From NCBI GenBank assembly GCA_023920165.1, contig CP089275.1, forward strand, positions 3,596,001 through 3,660,000: a DNA stretch of 64,000 nucleotides. Reading direction: 5' to 3'. Below the pieces are notes generated by a model. It did not search any database. It was not told the origin of the DNA and worked only from the letters and a program-made list of their open reading frames with translations. The stretch's first letter is position 1; every line of letters starts with the position of its first letter. Below, in pieces: positions 12,775 through 25,566 of the stretch. The stretch is from Curvularia clavata (Eukaryota). The translations under genes were made by a program, and so were the position numbers.

Positions 12775-13742
12775 TGAAGATTTTGCAGACCCTGCTCTTG
12801 GTGTTTGTATGCTGAGTGGAAGTGAGGCGCATATCTCTTGCACTTATCCATTTTCATCCATTCATCCATTCTTACGGGAAGCAAGCACCGAACCAGAGGG
12901 ATAACGAGTATGAGTAGGAAAAGAGAACAGGATATACCAAGACTGGGACTTTTAAAAAAACGTTTTGACACTTAATTGTTTGTTCACTGGACGGCGAGTC
13001 TGGGAACAACGCACACACACGCACGCAAGGACGAGGGAGCATTATTCTCATATTTCTCTTTCGGAAACATGTGTTGGCATGGCATTTTAAGGCGTTTTTG
13101 ACTCTTCTTCCTACTCTTTTTTTTTTTTTGCTTTCAACAGAGACATGGTTTTTTATGGCGTCGAGTCGAAGCCGGTTCTGATGCGGTTTAGACTTGTGCT
13201 TGCTGGATGTTGCCCACAGAAGCATATTCTGTTATTACCTTTTCGGTGTCTTAGCGTAGATTATGAATGTTGCGTTTGGCGCTGGCAAAGGTGGTTTGAG
13301 ATACCATGGTATATCATCAGGACGTAGCATAGCGAAGTAGAGTGCGGCTATGCACACAATAAATTGATTCGGTTGCCTGTGTTCCTTGACGTATGGCTTG
13401 TGTTACTAGTGCGCAGTATATTTTGGACCCGGACGGACGAATCCTGAGATCGATTCTGTCTTGAGTGATCTCTCTTCTCTCGGTAAGGATACTAGTTCCG
13501 TCTTATCTCTCCCTTCTTCCCCGATACGTTTCGTTCCTCTACTCTTTCGTCTCGACAGCGTTCTGATGCGAAGAGGGCGACATTTAAACACTCTCTCTTG
13601 AGCTGCCCTTCGCGTCTTGCCATGGAAGGCTTCACGCCAGCACTTTCTAATCATGCTGCAGCGCTGTCGCTCGAACTCGGCAGAGACTCAAGTGTCTTCA
13701 AGCCTCCTTGTTTCGAACATTCTTTGACTCTTCCCCAACCTC

Positions 13743-14816
13743 TCACTCTGGATCCCAGTCCGGACGGCACGTGCATCCCTCACTCCTCACATGCATAACT
13801 CCTGTCTTGCTCGCCTCGACCAGCCACTCAGCCCACTCAATCTCATGCTCCACAATCGTGCGATGCTCGCCCGTCTCGATTCTTTCTTCTTTAACTTTGA
13901 CGAGGAAATCACGTAGCTTGACTGCACACTTTGCTATGGAGTTTGCCTCGCATGTGCTTTGCTGTTGCTGCTCCACGTACATCATGCGTTCCATGCGGGT
14001 TAGCAGTTGCGCTTGAATTTCGCTCGATTCCTCGAAGCGTGCAACAAGTGACTTGGCACGGACTTTGAGGCGCAATGTGTCTTCGCGGGTGGCGGGGGTG
14101 CAAGATAGGTTGCGCTGGGGTCGCGCGAGATGAAAGGAACCGACGTCGCGCAGAACTACCATCTCGTTGAAGGAATCGTCTTGGATGGTACTAGTGCTGA
14201 GCCTGGATGATGGGCGCGAGATATGCTCGAGTGGTTCACAGTTCAGGTAGTGGTTGCGATGCGCAGGATAGTCGGTGGCTGGTTTTGGTTTTGGTGAATC
14301 CTGGTCTTCGGGCTCCCACTCGCACTCTGTGTCTGGGTACTCGTCTGAGTCGCACATGAAAGTTTCTGAGTAGCTAAAGCCATAACCTTCTCGCTTCTTC
14401 TTTGGTTTTTCTAGTTGGGGGGCTTGATAGATAGATTCTGAATGTCGGCGTGGTTCCTGTACCGAAGCTACCTTGGTGTGAGATGGATCAGCGGAAACCG
14501 ATCGGTTTAGACTGCCAGTCATGGAAAGTCCAGAGAAGCTTTGGGCGATGGTTTCCTCACGGCCTCTCCGGCTAGGGGGCTCATCGGGTCCCACTGAGAA
14601 GGAGAATCTTAGCTCAACATTCTGCGGCTTTGGCGCATGGTTCTCGGGCTTCTCTGTCTGTTTGTGTGCTGATCGCACCACTGCTTGTGACTGTACAGCA
14701 GGTGCTGTGTGTTCCATCCATGTTTTCAGAGAAGAATCGTTATTCTTCTGTGCGCAATTGTCAATTTCACACCTCAAAGTCAAAAGCAGTCTATGCGACT
14801 TACTGGTCCTCGCCAT
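13743..14816 (-). CDS. Hypothetical 357-aa protein
   Basis: Single long ORF with a helical, Cys-containing C-terminal block (EIEWAEWLVEAS...CTCRPDW). No family recognised. Confidence 0.65.
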   Translation of the reverse strand: MARTSKSHRLLLTLRCEIDNCAQKNNDSSLKTWMEHTAPAVQSQAVVRSAHKQTEKPENHAPKPQNVELRFSFSVGPDEPPSRRGREETIAQSFSGLSMTGSLNRSVSADPSHTKVASVQEPRRHSESIYQAPQLEKPKKKREGYGFSYSETFMCDSDEYPDTECEWEPEDQDSPKPKPATDYPAHRNHYLNCEPLEHISRPSSRLSTSTIQDDSFNEMVVLRDVGSFHLARPQRNLSCTPATREDTLRLKVRAKSLVARFEESSEIQAQLLTRMERMMYVEQQQQSTCEANSIAKCAVKLRDFLVKVKEERIETGEHRTIVEHEIEWAEWLVEASKTGVMHVRSEGCTCRPDWDPE

Positions 14817-15413
14817 CTGGTTGGTCGTTTGGTTTTGCCACTCATCAGCCGTCGCTCCTGCAGTGTGACAGTCTCCTTGGATACCTGGAGAGGTATGGGA
14901 TCAAAACTGCGGCGCGTACTCAGCCGCTTTCTTGTAGGGCCTTTTCCCTTCTGCTCTGCCTCAGCCACAGCCTATACATGGTTTGCAAGTGTACCTACGT
15001 TGACTGGCATGTTAAGATGTTTCGAGTAGTGTTGAGACCAAAACGATGCCTTACTGTGTACCGGACGCAGCTACCAAATATGTTCAAATTGAATCAAAGA
15101 CAAGGGGAGTGAAGAACAATGCGATTGTTTGTTGATGTGGGGGTGTTTGGGGTATACTTTAGCGACGTCAGTAGAAGGTCGCGTTGGGGGTCGCGTGAAG
15201 GCTGACTAGCGTGGTTAGCGCAGAACGCGGCCCTCCTATCACCGCAGCAATGCTCACTGTTTTGATACACGGAATGCCCCACTATAGTCCGTTCACGACT
15301 GGGATAGTATGAGTGGGGGTGCACTGCCATTGCGACAGTCAAATGGTATCATTTTGAACATTTCGTTACTTTTGCTTGCTATAAATACGATCACTTCCTT
15401 GAGCCTGTAAGCA

Positions 15414-16689
15414 TCACCTCTTGCCATTTTCGAGAAGCTCCACCCCTGTCCTCACTACACCAATTGCTGCACCGGTTTGAATCGCTTCACTACCACCCCC
15501 GCTCAGTCTGTACTCGATATCCGCCAGGCCAGACATCCAGGTCACCATGACTTGCGGCGGAACGTCGTTCGTGACGAGCTCCTCGCTTACCGCTGTCAGA
15601 ATATCTGCGAGAGCCAGACCCTTCAAGGTCTTGAGATTGTTTATGGTTCGCAGACATTCTGTCATGTCGTTCTTGGAAAGCAGGGTTTCGATAATGTACT
15701 TGATGTCTGAAGGATGTGGGGCTGCTATGCAATCGTAGATGGTAGTCTGGGTAATTTGATCACGCACGATCGAACTCGGATCTACTGCAGGCTTGCCTGG
15801 TGGCTGGAGCGGCGTGCTGGAAGCATGGCAGGCCTGTAATACGTTGAGTGCTCGTCTCATGTCTCCCTTGCTTAGTGTGACCAGCGAATCGGTGGCTTCT
15901 TGCGTAATATTGACATTCTCTTCCTCAATCACCTTATCAACCAGATGTCGGATGTCTTGGTCCTTGAGCGGCGAAAATCTAAACCTCGTACAACGCGAGA
16001 GCAGAGCGGGTGAAAGTTTGTGTGTGTAGTTTGCGATGATACAGAAACGAGTATTTGCCGTATACTTTTCCATGATTCGTCTCAGCGCCATTTGAGCGGT
16101 GGCGGTCATGGCATCCGCTTCGTCAAGCACAATGAGCTTGAAAGTCGCCAGCGAAGAATCTCCTGCTTTGGGTGCGGCGGAGAAGATCTGCTTGGTGCTA
16201 CTGAATGTCTTGATCTGCTCTCTGACCACTTCGATACCTCTGTCATCTGATGCGTTCAGCTCGAGAACCATCTGCCGCATGTTCTTGTTTCCGTATATGC
16301 GCCGTGCGAGCGCCAAGACAGTAGACGTCTTTCCGGTTCCTGGGGGTCCATAAAGGAGGAGATGCGGTAATCGCTGCTCATGTCAGCATTGGGTCGCCAT
16401 ACAGGGCGGAAGTCTTACGTTCGAGTCGACGAATTTGTTAATTGTCGCTATGATGTCTTTGTGGCCCTCTACGTCGTCCAGAGAGGATGGTCTGTATTTC
16501 TCCACCCTATGCAAGCTTTAGCAGTGGCTCAATCGTGGTGCGTTCTGATACGTACCATGGCAATGTATCCTCAGCTTCTACGGGCAGATTGGCCGCACTC
16601 CGCTTGCCCTTTTTCGAATCTCCGCCAAAGCTAATGGAGTTGTCCACGGCGGGCGCATCCACGTCCATTTCATCTTCAATGTCCGACAT
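15414..16689 (-). CDS. RFC3: Replication factor C subunit 3 (yeast Rfc3 / human RFC5), 2 introns near the 5' end
   Basis: Spliced LPW|VEKYRP, PHLLLYGPPGTGKT, LELNASDDRGI, LDEADAMT, SRC motif. Confidence 0.93.
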
Positions 16690-16807
16690 GGTGAGATTCT
16701 GAATTCAATGCACTCGTAGGCTCGTTTGGTAGATTTTCAGACCAAATGGGGGCGGTGAAGGCCAGGATGGTGATCTGCGTAGGCGGCTGCTAGTAAAATG
16801 GAGGTAG

Positions 16808-16830
16808 ACGCGCCGCGCGCAGAGACGCGT
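16808..16830. promoter_or_regulatory. MCB-like elements (ACGCG, ACGCGT) in the RFC3/ARC18 divergent promoter
   Basis: ACGCG at 16808-16812 and ACGCGT at 16825-16830, about 120-140 bp upstream of a DNA-replication gene. Confidence 0.6.
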
Positions 16831-16979
16831 TAATGGGCTGCGGTAGCTTAGTCACCCCCGCCCCATCGATCAGCCCTACGAGCACACCTCAGCCGCCAGC
16901 GGAGCTACGCCGTCACCTCCGCCGAGCTCCAAGCACACGACTCTCCAGCACAGCAATTTGCGGGCAACCACATTCCAAG

Positions 16980-17741
16980 ATGCCTGTACGTCTTCGATCA
17001 CTGCCAAAAGACTCACTATGTTGAGCAGATGCCTCACGTAACACAACAGCTGACCCCACCAGGCCTACCACTCAGTCTTCCTCGATGAGCCCAACCAGCA
17101 ATTGATTGGTAGGGCTACGTAGACAGACTGAATGCGTGCATCATGATTGACGGCTACGACAGGCAACTTTGCACTCCTCCCTCTTCGTACACGCACCCGC
17201 GGACCGGCCATCCAATTGCCTGCCCTGCCCGCAGATGTCACCGAGCTTACCATTGATGCCTCACACGAATCCTACGACCCGCTAGACGAGATCCTGGCCC
17301 TCTTCCGTGCCAACACATTCTTCCGCAATTTCGAGATCAAGGGCCCAGCCGACCGCGTGCTCATCTATGGCATCCTCTATGTGAGCGACGTACTGGGCAA
17401 GATCAAGCCGGGCATGACCCGAAGAGAGGCTGAGAAGGTGTGTGATCGCTTTGTTCTTGGGAGAAGATGAGGCTGAGGCTAATCTTGCGAAACAGGCCGT
17501 TATGAACTCCGCCCTCGATACCAACTTTGCAATCCCCGGCGATGCTGGATTTCCGTTAAACCAAGCTTTCGAAGCACCCCCAGACAGGAACTCGGCCGAA
17601 GTGCTACGACAGTACATCATGCAGATGCGTCAGGAGCTGGCAACACGGCTACTGAACAGAGTGTATGCAGATGAGACCAACACTCCTAGCAAGTGGTGGC
17701 TAAGCTACACGAAGAGAAAGTTTATGGGCAAGGCTTTGTAG
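16980..17741 (+). CDS. ARC18: ARP2/3 complex 21-kDa subunit (ARPC3), 3 introns
   Basis: Spliced MP|AYHSVFLDEP...IG|NFALLPLRTRTRGPA; FRANTFFRNFEIKGPADR; PSKWWLSYTKRKFMGKAL. Confidence 0.95.
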
Positions 17742-18393
17742 TGTTGCAGCGTAAAATTAGAAGTCTAAAGCCGTTGAATCAAGCATCGATTGAAAGCTGG
17801 AAAAATACGCAGATACCTTATTTCAAGCTCTTACGGAGGGCGTTGCTACCGCAAGATAAACCGTGCTTTCTCTTCACATGGGTGATATTGCCTTGCCGAC
17901 GTACTGAGTTTAAACGATTGAAGCTGCACATTTATTTAGGCAGGTCCGAACGACTGTTAGTTGGTACCAACATCCGCTTCTCTCCATTCTCAAAACATAT
18001 TGTACCCCGACCCAAAGCCGCGACATTCTCATCATTCTGAACACGACAGCATTATTCTTCCAGAAACCATCGCTAGGCATGACTCGGACACCTTCGCTTG
18101 TAGGAGGCAGTCCCGCCGCCTTCAATGCGTGGCCATATGTACAAGGGGGTATCAAACTTTTCTGAGAATCAAATAGCCTGAGGAGACTGACAAGCTGACA
18201 AAGGTGTCTCAGGCTGGCACGGAATGATCGATGACAGTACAAGGTTTACCTCTCACAATGGCAGGGAGCCATGTTTCGGCGCCCAGTTAAGCCTTGAGGA
18301 GGCGGTATCTGACTTACTACCACTCAGTAGGTTGACAGTTCATTTCTTGAGGCTTCACAGTATCTGTTTCGTGCACTACTAATACTAAACTTA

Positions 18394-18903
18394 GTGCCGC
18401 CGCTTTTCGACACTGATCTTCCGCCATGCGATCCCATATCCCAAAAGGCGTACGAAAATGTTGTCTGGCGCCTGTGCATAGCATGGATGCAAAAGGCAAG
18501 ATATGGCCTTATCCCCATGCGTCTCAGTAGCATTCAACACATGTTTGCCCTCGTCCTGCGAGAGTTGGAATCTATCCGCTGGTCAGACAACGAGCTCTTT
18601 AAGGAACAGCTCTATTGGGCCGCGTATTTTGTTCGCGAGGCAGAGTGACTTCATGAGAGGGTGTTCCTGTCCCAACGGGACCGAGAGTGGCAGGAGACGA
18701 TCTTAGAATACACGTATCCCGTACCGAAAGAACTGTATATTCGTGTTGAGAGGTGTCCAGAGAACAGGATGCTATGGAGGGAGTGGAGGGCATGACAGAG
18801 GAAGAAGAGGCAGCCAGTGCCGATGCTGGATCAAGGGATGCAGCAGAAATTGATCAGGTTTTTGAAGGTGAAGAATAGGACTAGGGAGATGGTCCAGGGG
18901 TGA
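18394..18903 (+). pseudogene. Probable decayed gene of unknown family
   Basis: A 3' splice-like signal (CTAAT/CTAAAC..TTAG) precedes protein-like frames broken by two in-frame TGA codons (EAE*LHERVF; LWREWRA*QRKKR) and one frameshift. Confidence 0.35.
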
Positions 18904-19614
18904 TGAGAGGCGAAGCGGTGACCATGGGATGACGTAGAATGTGTTGTTCCTGGCCCGGTCGGAGCGGGCAGTTCTGTACAGCGATATCTAGTAACAACCG
19001 GACTAGTCAGGCAATTGCTAATCCTGCTTGAAAGTTCATCATCATGATTGTATTCTGTAGCAATGAGTATACAGTTTGCTTCAGGAAATTTTCACTCTAA
19101 CTTCTATGCCTTGTAGCTCTCTACATGGCAGAAAAAAGCCTATCGATTGTTGATGTCATCACGGCTAACATGATTGCACTGTGCAGTTAGCTGGTTCTAC
19201 CCTCTGCCTCTTAGAAAATGTGTCTTCTGTTCCATGGGCCAAACAATTGTCTTCGCTTTCCTTCCTAGATTGCAAAGCAGATGAAAGGTGAGATTGGGGT
19301 CCTAACATTTTGATAGTACAGTGAACTCACTTTATCAAAAAGTTTTCGCCTCACCTCACTCCTCACCGCGCCGCTCCGGGCACACACACATATGAAGCCA
19401 CGCCACCCGCCCAAACCTCACTCAGCCTCTTCAACCTTCCTATTGGTTCTCCAACCCACCCTTAAATTTGCCTTTTTCTAGCCTGCCCTACCTGCATAGC
19501 AGTGTGCACTTCAACTACCACAGCAACTTCACAGCCATCAGTGAGTGGTTCGACTACCATATGCCGTGTTGCATCTGCTAAGTAACCAACAGGTTTACAT
19601 TGTCCAAAGTCAAA

Positions 19615-20353
19615 ATGCCTAAGTGGACTCCCGAGCTGGACGCGATCGTAAGTAGATCTTGCACCTGACTGCCATCCGCCATAGCAACTAATTTGCATCC
19701 TAGCTCCTCCACGCTGTCTTTGAGGAGTGCAACATCAGCTTCTCCAAGCCTCTCTGCACCAAGATTGCCGAGCGCGTTCAGCAAGCCACCGGAGAAGGTA
19801 TGTTTGCTCCCATTGCCCTCACGTGGGCGTGAGTCGTTTCAGACTCCGTTACGTCACAAGCTGTTCCAGAAGTTCATGCCGCATCTCGCTTCTATCCTCA
19901 GTATTAACCCATCCTCCAGAATGCACCTACAAGGCTATAGAGAACCGCCTCTACTCTTGGAAGAAGAAGAATACCTCTGGCAACACGGGCTTGAACTCTG
20001 CCACCAATTCGCCCATGCCCAAAGCCCCTAAATTGCCCAAGACCCCAAAGACTCCCAAGACGCCTAAGACGCCCCGCTTCTCCAACAAGAAGGCGTCCGC
20101 CAAGAAGCAGCTGTCTGATATCGAGGAAGATAGCGATGGTCCGGAGGGCCTGGCCGACGAGGAACACCTTCTTTCGCCAACTCCCGCTCGCCGCAAGCGC
20201 AAAGCAGCTGAGCTTTCATATGCGGAGTCTGACTTCGAGGACGGAGATGATGAGGAACTTTATGTTCCCAAGAGCAAGGTCAAGACCGAGCATATAGAAG
20301 AAGAAGAAGAAGAAGAGAAGCCCCTTCCGGAACTGAGCGAGGAAGTCGCCTGA
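19615..20353 (+). CDS. Small Myb/SANT-like nuclear protein with PKT/TPK repeats and acidic tail (2 coding introns, 1 probable 5'UTR intron)
   Basis: Spliced MPKWTPELDAI|LLHAVFEECNISFSKPLCTKIAERVQQATGE|ECTYKAIENRLYSWKKK, then PKTPKTPKTPR and RRKRK NLS. Canonical GTAAGT/GTATGT introns. Confidence 0.75.
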
Positions 20354-21526
20354 GTGTCTTCCTTTGGTCGCTGGTATGTTTTTGTGTGTTGGCCGCTCCC
20401 TTCAGCCACTGAGAAATAAGGTTTCTAAGTTGAGGAGTGGGCGGAGTTTGATAGTGATTACGGGGCATGTACCTAGCGTGATATGGCGAACTACTTGCAT
20501 GGCGACATAGCTGGATAACCATGCAAGACGAATCAAAATTACGATAATTTTTCGAAAGTGTCTTTCTTTCTTTGCTATTAAGCTTTGTCGCTGACGTGCT
20601 TCTATACACCGGTACGTGTGCATCACAATAGCGTGGCTGTTTCGAGAGGTAACTATCTGGATTCCGAATAAAGAGGAATGCAAGGAATATTGCTACCGCA
20701 TGGAAAATTCTGCAACAACATGATGCTGTTGCGCTGTTGCGTGAGATGTGTTGAGATTCACGCGTTCTGTCGACTAGCTTCCTGATCGTTTCTGTGCTGC
20801 AACGTTCCATTACAAACATGAGTCGGATAATCATCTTCACGACGAATACGAGAAATTGAGAGCGTTCAAATATGTATCCAAGAGGCAAATGATGAAGTTC
20901 CAGAGATAAATACGCTTTTTGGAATGCTAAGACAGAAATGGATGGCCGTCAAAGACCCACTCCAAGCACAGTGATCACAGATGTCTGCACATTTTGAAGA
21001 TAAACCTCGACGTACAACACACAATTGCGCTATATTGGCATAGCAGTCCCTCTGGCCTGCTCTACAGACGCTCGTTTTCGTGTACAATGGACCTTGGATT
21101 AACAAGTTCCATGCGATTGGTGGATGGCACCTACAACAGAACGCCGAACGAGGCTGTGACTGTGGCTTGACATCGATGCCTGAGGCTAAGCAGCAATTAC
21201 CAATACGGCCCCCGCATCACTAAACTCACTCCAGTCTCTTTCAAGACGCCATACGCGACTGCCGATTTAATAGTTTTGTCATCATATGTGGGTGGCCCTA
21301 GTTAGTTTACGGCTCTGGCCGCTCAGCCGCACTTTCGAGCGGGGCTGTGCTGCCATCAGATGCGTCCGCAGACTGCAGTCATCACGACGAACTTATTGGG
21401 CGGCTGTGCAGTGCAGGCATCCGCTAGCCGACGTCTCTTTGAATCAGCACCATAACGCCTTCGCTCCCTATTTCCTCTTTCTGAACATCATCCACCGAAG
21501 CTTCCATCAGCACAATAGCAAACACG

Positions 21527-22935
21527 ATGGCCAAGACGAAGAAGCCAGGAAATAAGGAACCAAATCTCTGGAGGGAAGCGTACAAGTCGCTGTATGCTGA
21601 CAATGCGGAGAAGGACCACATGCAAAAGGTTCAGGCGAAGCTGAGAAAGAGGCTCAACCAGCCGGATTTGGATCTCAAGACTGATGAAGGGCATAACGTC
21701 ATGCTCTCTTTTATTGTTAAACAGGGGAGCAAGATGGAGTCGAAGAAGCGCCCGGAAAGATTTAGCAAGGTGGCGCACAACATGCTCGTAATCAAAGAGC
21801 TGTTTGGAGCAGGCGCAGCTGTTGGTGGGCCGTACGTCGCAATACCAGTCGCCGCCTTGTTTATGGTTTTCTCTGTAGGTTGAGTCGCTGTTGTTTCGAG
21901 GAGCCACAGTGACGCTAACATTCTCGACAGATGGAGGAAATCTACAAATCAGAAAAAGACGCCATGTTAGAATTGGCAGAAGTTGTGTCTGACTACTATG
22001 TTCTCACCGCCAAAAGCCATGAACGTATCAGAATCAGGTCCGAAGATGACGAGGACATGCAACGACTCAAGCAAAAACTGCGTGTTGTATATATTGGTTT
22101 GTTCAAGACAATCACGTTCGCGTCGGCGCAGCTGGCAAACTTCCTATGCGATGACTCGGGAGCGAAGAAATGGTTCAAGAATGCGATGAAGCTGTACAAC
22201 TGGAGCGAGCAACTCGAAGAACTCAACAAACGCTACGAGACGATTGAAAAATGCTTGAATGAGATGGCCTGGCGCCTGACACTGGGCCCAAAACCAAAAG
22301 TAGAGGGACCAGCACCAAAAGCAGCGGCGAAAGTGTCAATGGGTCCTGGGCCACGCAATGCTCTACACTGGGCCGTGGCGGACAAGCTGTACTCCAGGAT
22401 TGACGAACTCGTGTCGAGCAGCGAATGTCCCATCAATGCGCTTACACCGAAAAGCTGGACGGCGCTCCATCTCGCTGCTGAGCATGGCGATACCAGAATC
22501 CTGAGGACCCTGCGTTCGGTTCCAGGAATCGATGTATACATTAAAAATGTCGACGGACGTACTCCTCTCCATATTGCTGCGTTGAACAATCGAGTCGGGG
22601 CAGTAAAATTTCTTCTCGGCTGGGACCACAAGCTGCTGGCCGTACGTGACTCAAAGAGTCGAACTGCTTTCCTGATCGCCGCTGCTAAGGGTCACATAAA
22701 AGTGCTCGAGGTCCTCATGAACAAAGGACAGAATGTGAACGAGTCAACTCCCAAAAATGGCTGGATGGCACTACATCTAGCAGCAGAGATGGGACATGCT
22801 GAGACTGTGAAATGGCTTTTGGCCCACGGCGCTCGCAAGAACGCCTGCGTAACGGGCGGCGGCGCAGCAGGACGCACTGCAAAACAAATCGCCGAATACA
22901 AGGGCAAGACAGAAGTTGCCGAAATCCTTCGATGA
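21527..22935 (+). CDS. NLR-type N-terminal helical domain (NACHT_N/NWD-N-like) fused directly to ~5 ankyrin repeats; no NTPase domain (intron 21875-21930)
   Basis: LWREAYKSL...PYVAIPVAALF|MEEIY...LRVVYIGLF...YNWSEQLEEL pattern. Ankyrin motifs NALHWA, TALHLAAEHG, TPLHIAALNN, TAFLIAAAKG, MALHLAAEMG. The intron keeps the frame. Confidence 0.8.
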
Positions 22936-24659
22936 GGCTCGCACTCGGCCGACGAACATAATCAATGCCTTTGTTCCTTGCATGATGTTCGGAATGGACC
23001 GAGGCTTGAGAGATGCAGGCCTCGGCGGTCCTGCGGAAGATGACACTATGCTAGCTCCCGTCGGCGCAACCTTGTAGACCACTCTGTCGCCCTGGCTGGC
23101 GCAGTGGGTAGACACGTCTAGGCTTGTAATCCATGGACATTGACAGACCAATGCCAACCCTTGGCGATGTAACGCTCGCTTTTGGCTGCGTCTTGATTGG
23201 CAGAGTGTGTGTCGATGCACTGTACTTCAAACAGTGCGCCACGGCCACAGGACCGACATGGCGGTACCTCGTTGTTGAATGATACGAGATGTTCAGTCCC
23301 GCCGAGGATCTATCGCGGCTTGGTGATCAAACACGATAATGACGTTCTTCGATATGTCTTATTTTAGAACCACAATGAGAATTCTACAGACACAAGTATT
23401 TCTTGCAGTATACAAGGTCTGTCTTGCTTGTACTCATTTACCCCTGCATGCCACTTTCCCGTGCGACACCATCCTTGTGCTGCGGGTGTACTCCACCATG
23501 CTGCATAGTGACACGACTAGACTTCGGTCTACTTGACGTTTCAATCATGGCGTGCGGAAAAGATGTTCATCAAGGATGGCTGCCGGACCCGGACGCCGTG
23601 CCCGAAGATCCTGCCGTCGGAGTGCACGACAGCATAGCCGTCAGAGCATCATGCAAGGTTTGTACATATGCTTGATATGTTGACATAGTATAGAGCGGTG
23701 CGATTAAAGGGGTCAGGGCGAGGTAGAATTCTGGTTGGCCAGGACCTCTCTAAGAATAAAGCGCCAACTAACTACGAACTACTGGAGTTGTTGCATGATG
23801 GGGTTTACTCAACGTCGAGTTTACCATTCTCTTCTCTCAACTCGGTCTAGTGTGGCGTAATCTCCGATCCCTGAGTTGCTTCCTCCTAGTTCCAACACGA
23901 ATCCATCACACACACACACAAATCCCGTTCAGCAACTGTGGCGTTACTGAGCCTCCTGCGCCTCTAGAGGTTTTACACTCACCTGTTTCTGCCTAAAGGT
24001 TGGTCAGCAGACGCGTGCTTAGAGCAGAGGGCACGAGGATAACAATGCAGTCATGCGTGAGACGATGATGGAAGTGCGAAGGTCAGCATGGGCAAAGGCA
24101 TAGCCAGGTTATCCCTGGTGGAGGCGCATACGAGTCAGTTTACTTTGACGTTATGTCGCGCGGGCCGAGCAAAAGGACGCCCTTTTCCTGCATGCTACTA
24201 GATCCCCCGCCACTAACAAAGACAGGGGTCACTGCGAACCAACCTGGGGTCTGGTGTCGACGAATTCGAACCATTCGTCTGTTTGGGCATGTTTAATTCC
24301 AGGGGATTTGAGAAACTGGCGGTGACCTTGCAGCGCGGACCGGTCGTGTGGAGTATGCAGGCCCGTCTCTGCATGAACTAAACACCGGTGGCACCGCGCG
24401 AAGGGGGAAACGGCTTGTGAAGGAGTACTGTGAATACCTCCGAACATACGCTAAGCCGTGAACCTTACCTTATTTTCCTTCGCTCTTGGGTCAAGGTAGC
24501 CTTGTACGCATGTAGAGTAATCTGCGGTGGCGCTGGTCTTTTGACCGGGGCGCAAGAGTATAAGAGACTCGTGGAGACTCTGGAACCTGCCTCTATCCCA
24601 CGCCACTCGCTCCAGCAGATCCCCACTTCGACTTCTCTACGACTTTTTTAATCGACAAG

Positions 24660-25566
24660 ATGCGTGTTTCTTCGGTACCTGTTGTTGCCCTTGCGGCTGT
24701 TGGCCTTGTCAGCGCCCAGGGTTCTATGGAAGACTGGCACCCAGCTGGAACGGGAGATGGTATGCCAACCTACTCAGGGCGATTCCTCTCAAATACTGAC
24801 ATGTCCAGTTCGTGGTCCTTGCCCTGGCCTCAACGCGCTGGCCAACCATAACTTCCTTCCTCATAGCGGAAAGAACTTCACCCTTGACAATGTCAAGTAT
24901 GCCCTGAAGACGGCCTACAACATCTCTGAGGATGTTAGTCTGCTGCTCAACAGCGCCGCCCTTGGTACCAACCCCGGTGGCTCAACCTGGGGTCTCGATA
25001 CCCTGAGCAAGCACAACGTCCTTGAGCACGACGGCAGCTTGACGTACGCTCCTGCAAATCCCTATCATCTGACTTCGTGACTGACACTCGCCAGCCGTTC
25101 TGACAACGCCCTGAGCGGGGACTCGACCACCTTCAACCGCACCATCTACGAGCGCACCCGCTCTTTCTGGACCGCGGAAGATATTACCTTCAAGATGGCT
25201 GCCAACGCCCGCCTCGCCCGCATGCTCGACTCGCTCAAGGCGAACACCAAGTTTTCCATTGCTGAGCAGGTTGTGGGCTTCAGCCACCTCGAGACCGCAG
25301 TCTACATGATTGTGTTTGGCGATCGTAAGACCAAGACGGCGACGAAGGAGCATGTCGAGTACTTTTTTGGTAAGTTTTATATTCCCCAGCTATATGGCTT
25401 AAGATGTGGTTGGACTGGGGCTGATGATTGTGCAGAGAACGAGCGCCTGCCTGTTGAGCTCGGCTGGAAGACACCCGATACCGTTATTACCGGTACGGAT
25501 GTGAGGGAGTACCAGGGCTTGGTTGTTGCCAACACCCAGTATGATCCTGAGATTATGGGTCCTTAG
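24660..25566 (+). CDS. Secreted heme-thiolate peroxidase / short unspecific peroxygenase (chloroperoxidase family); introns 24760-24808, 25044-25094, 25370-25435
   Basis: Signal peptide MRVSSVPVVALAAVGLVSA; proximal RGPCPGLNALANH; distal EHDGSLTRSD; C-terminal ENERLPVELGW. Confidence 0.92.
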
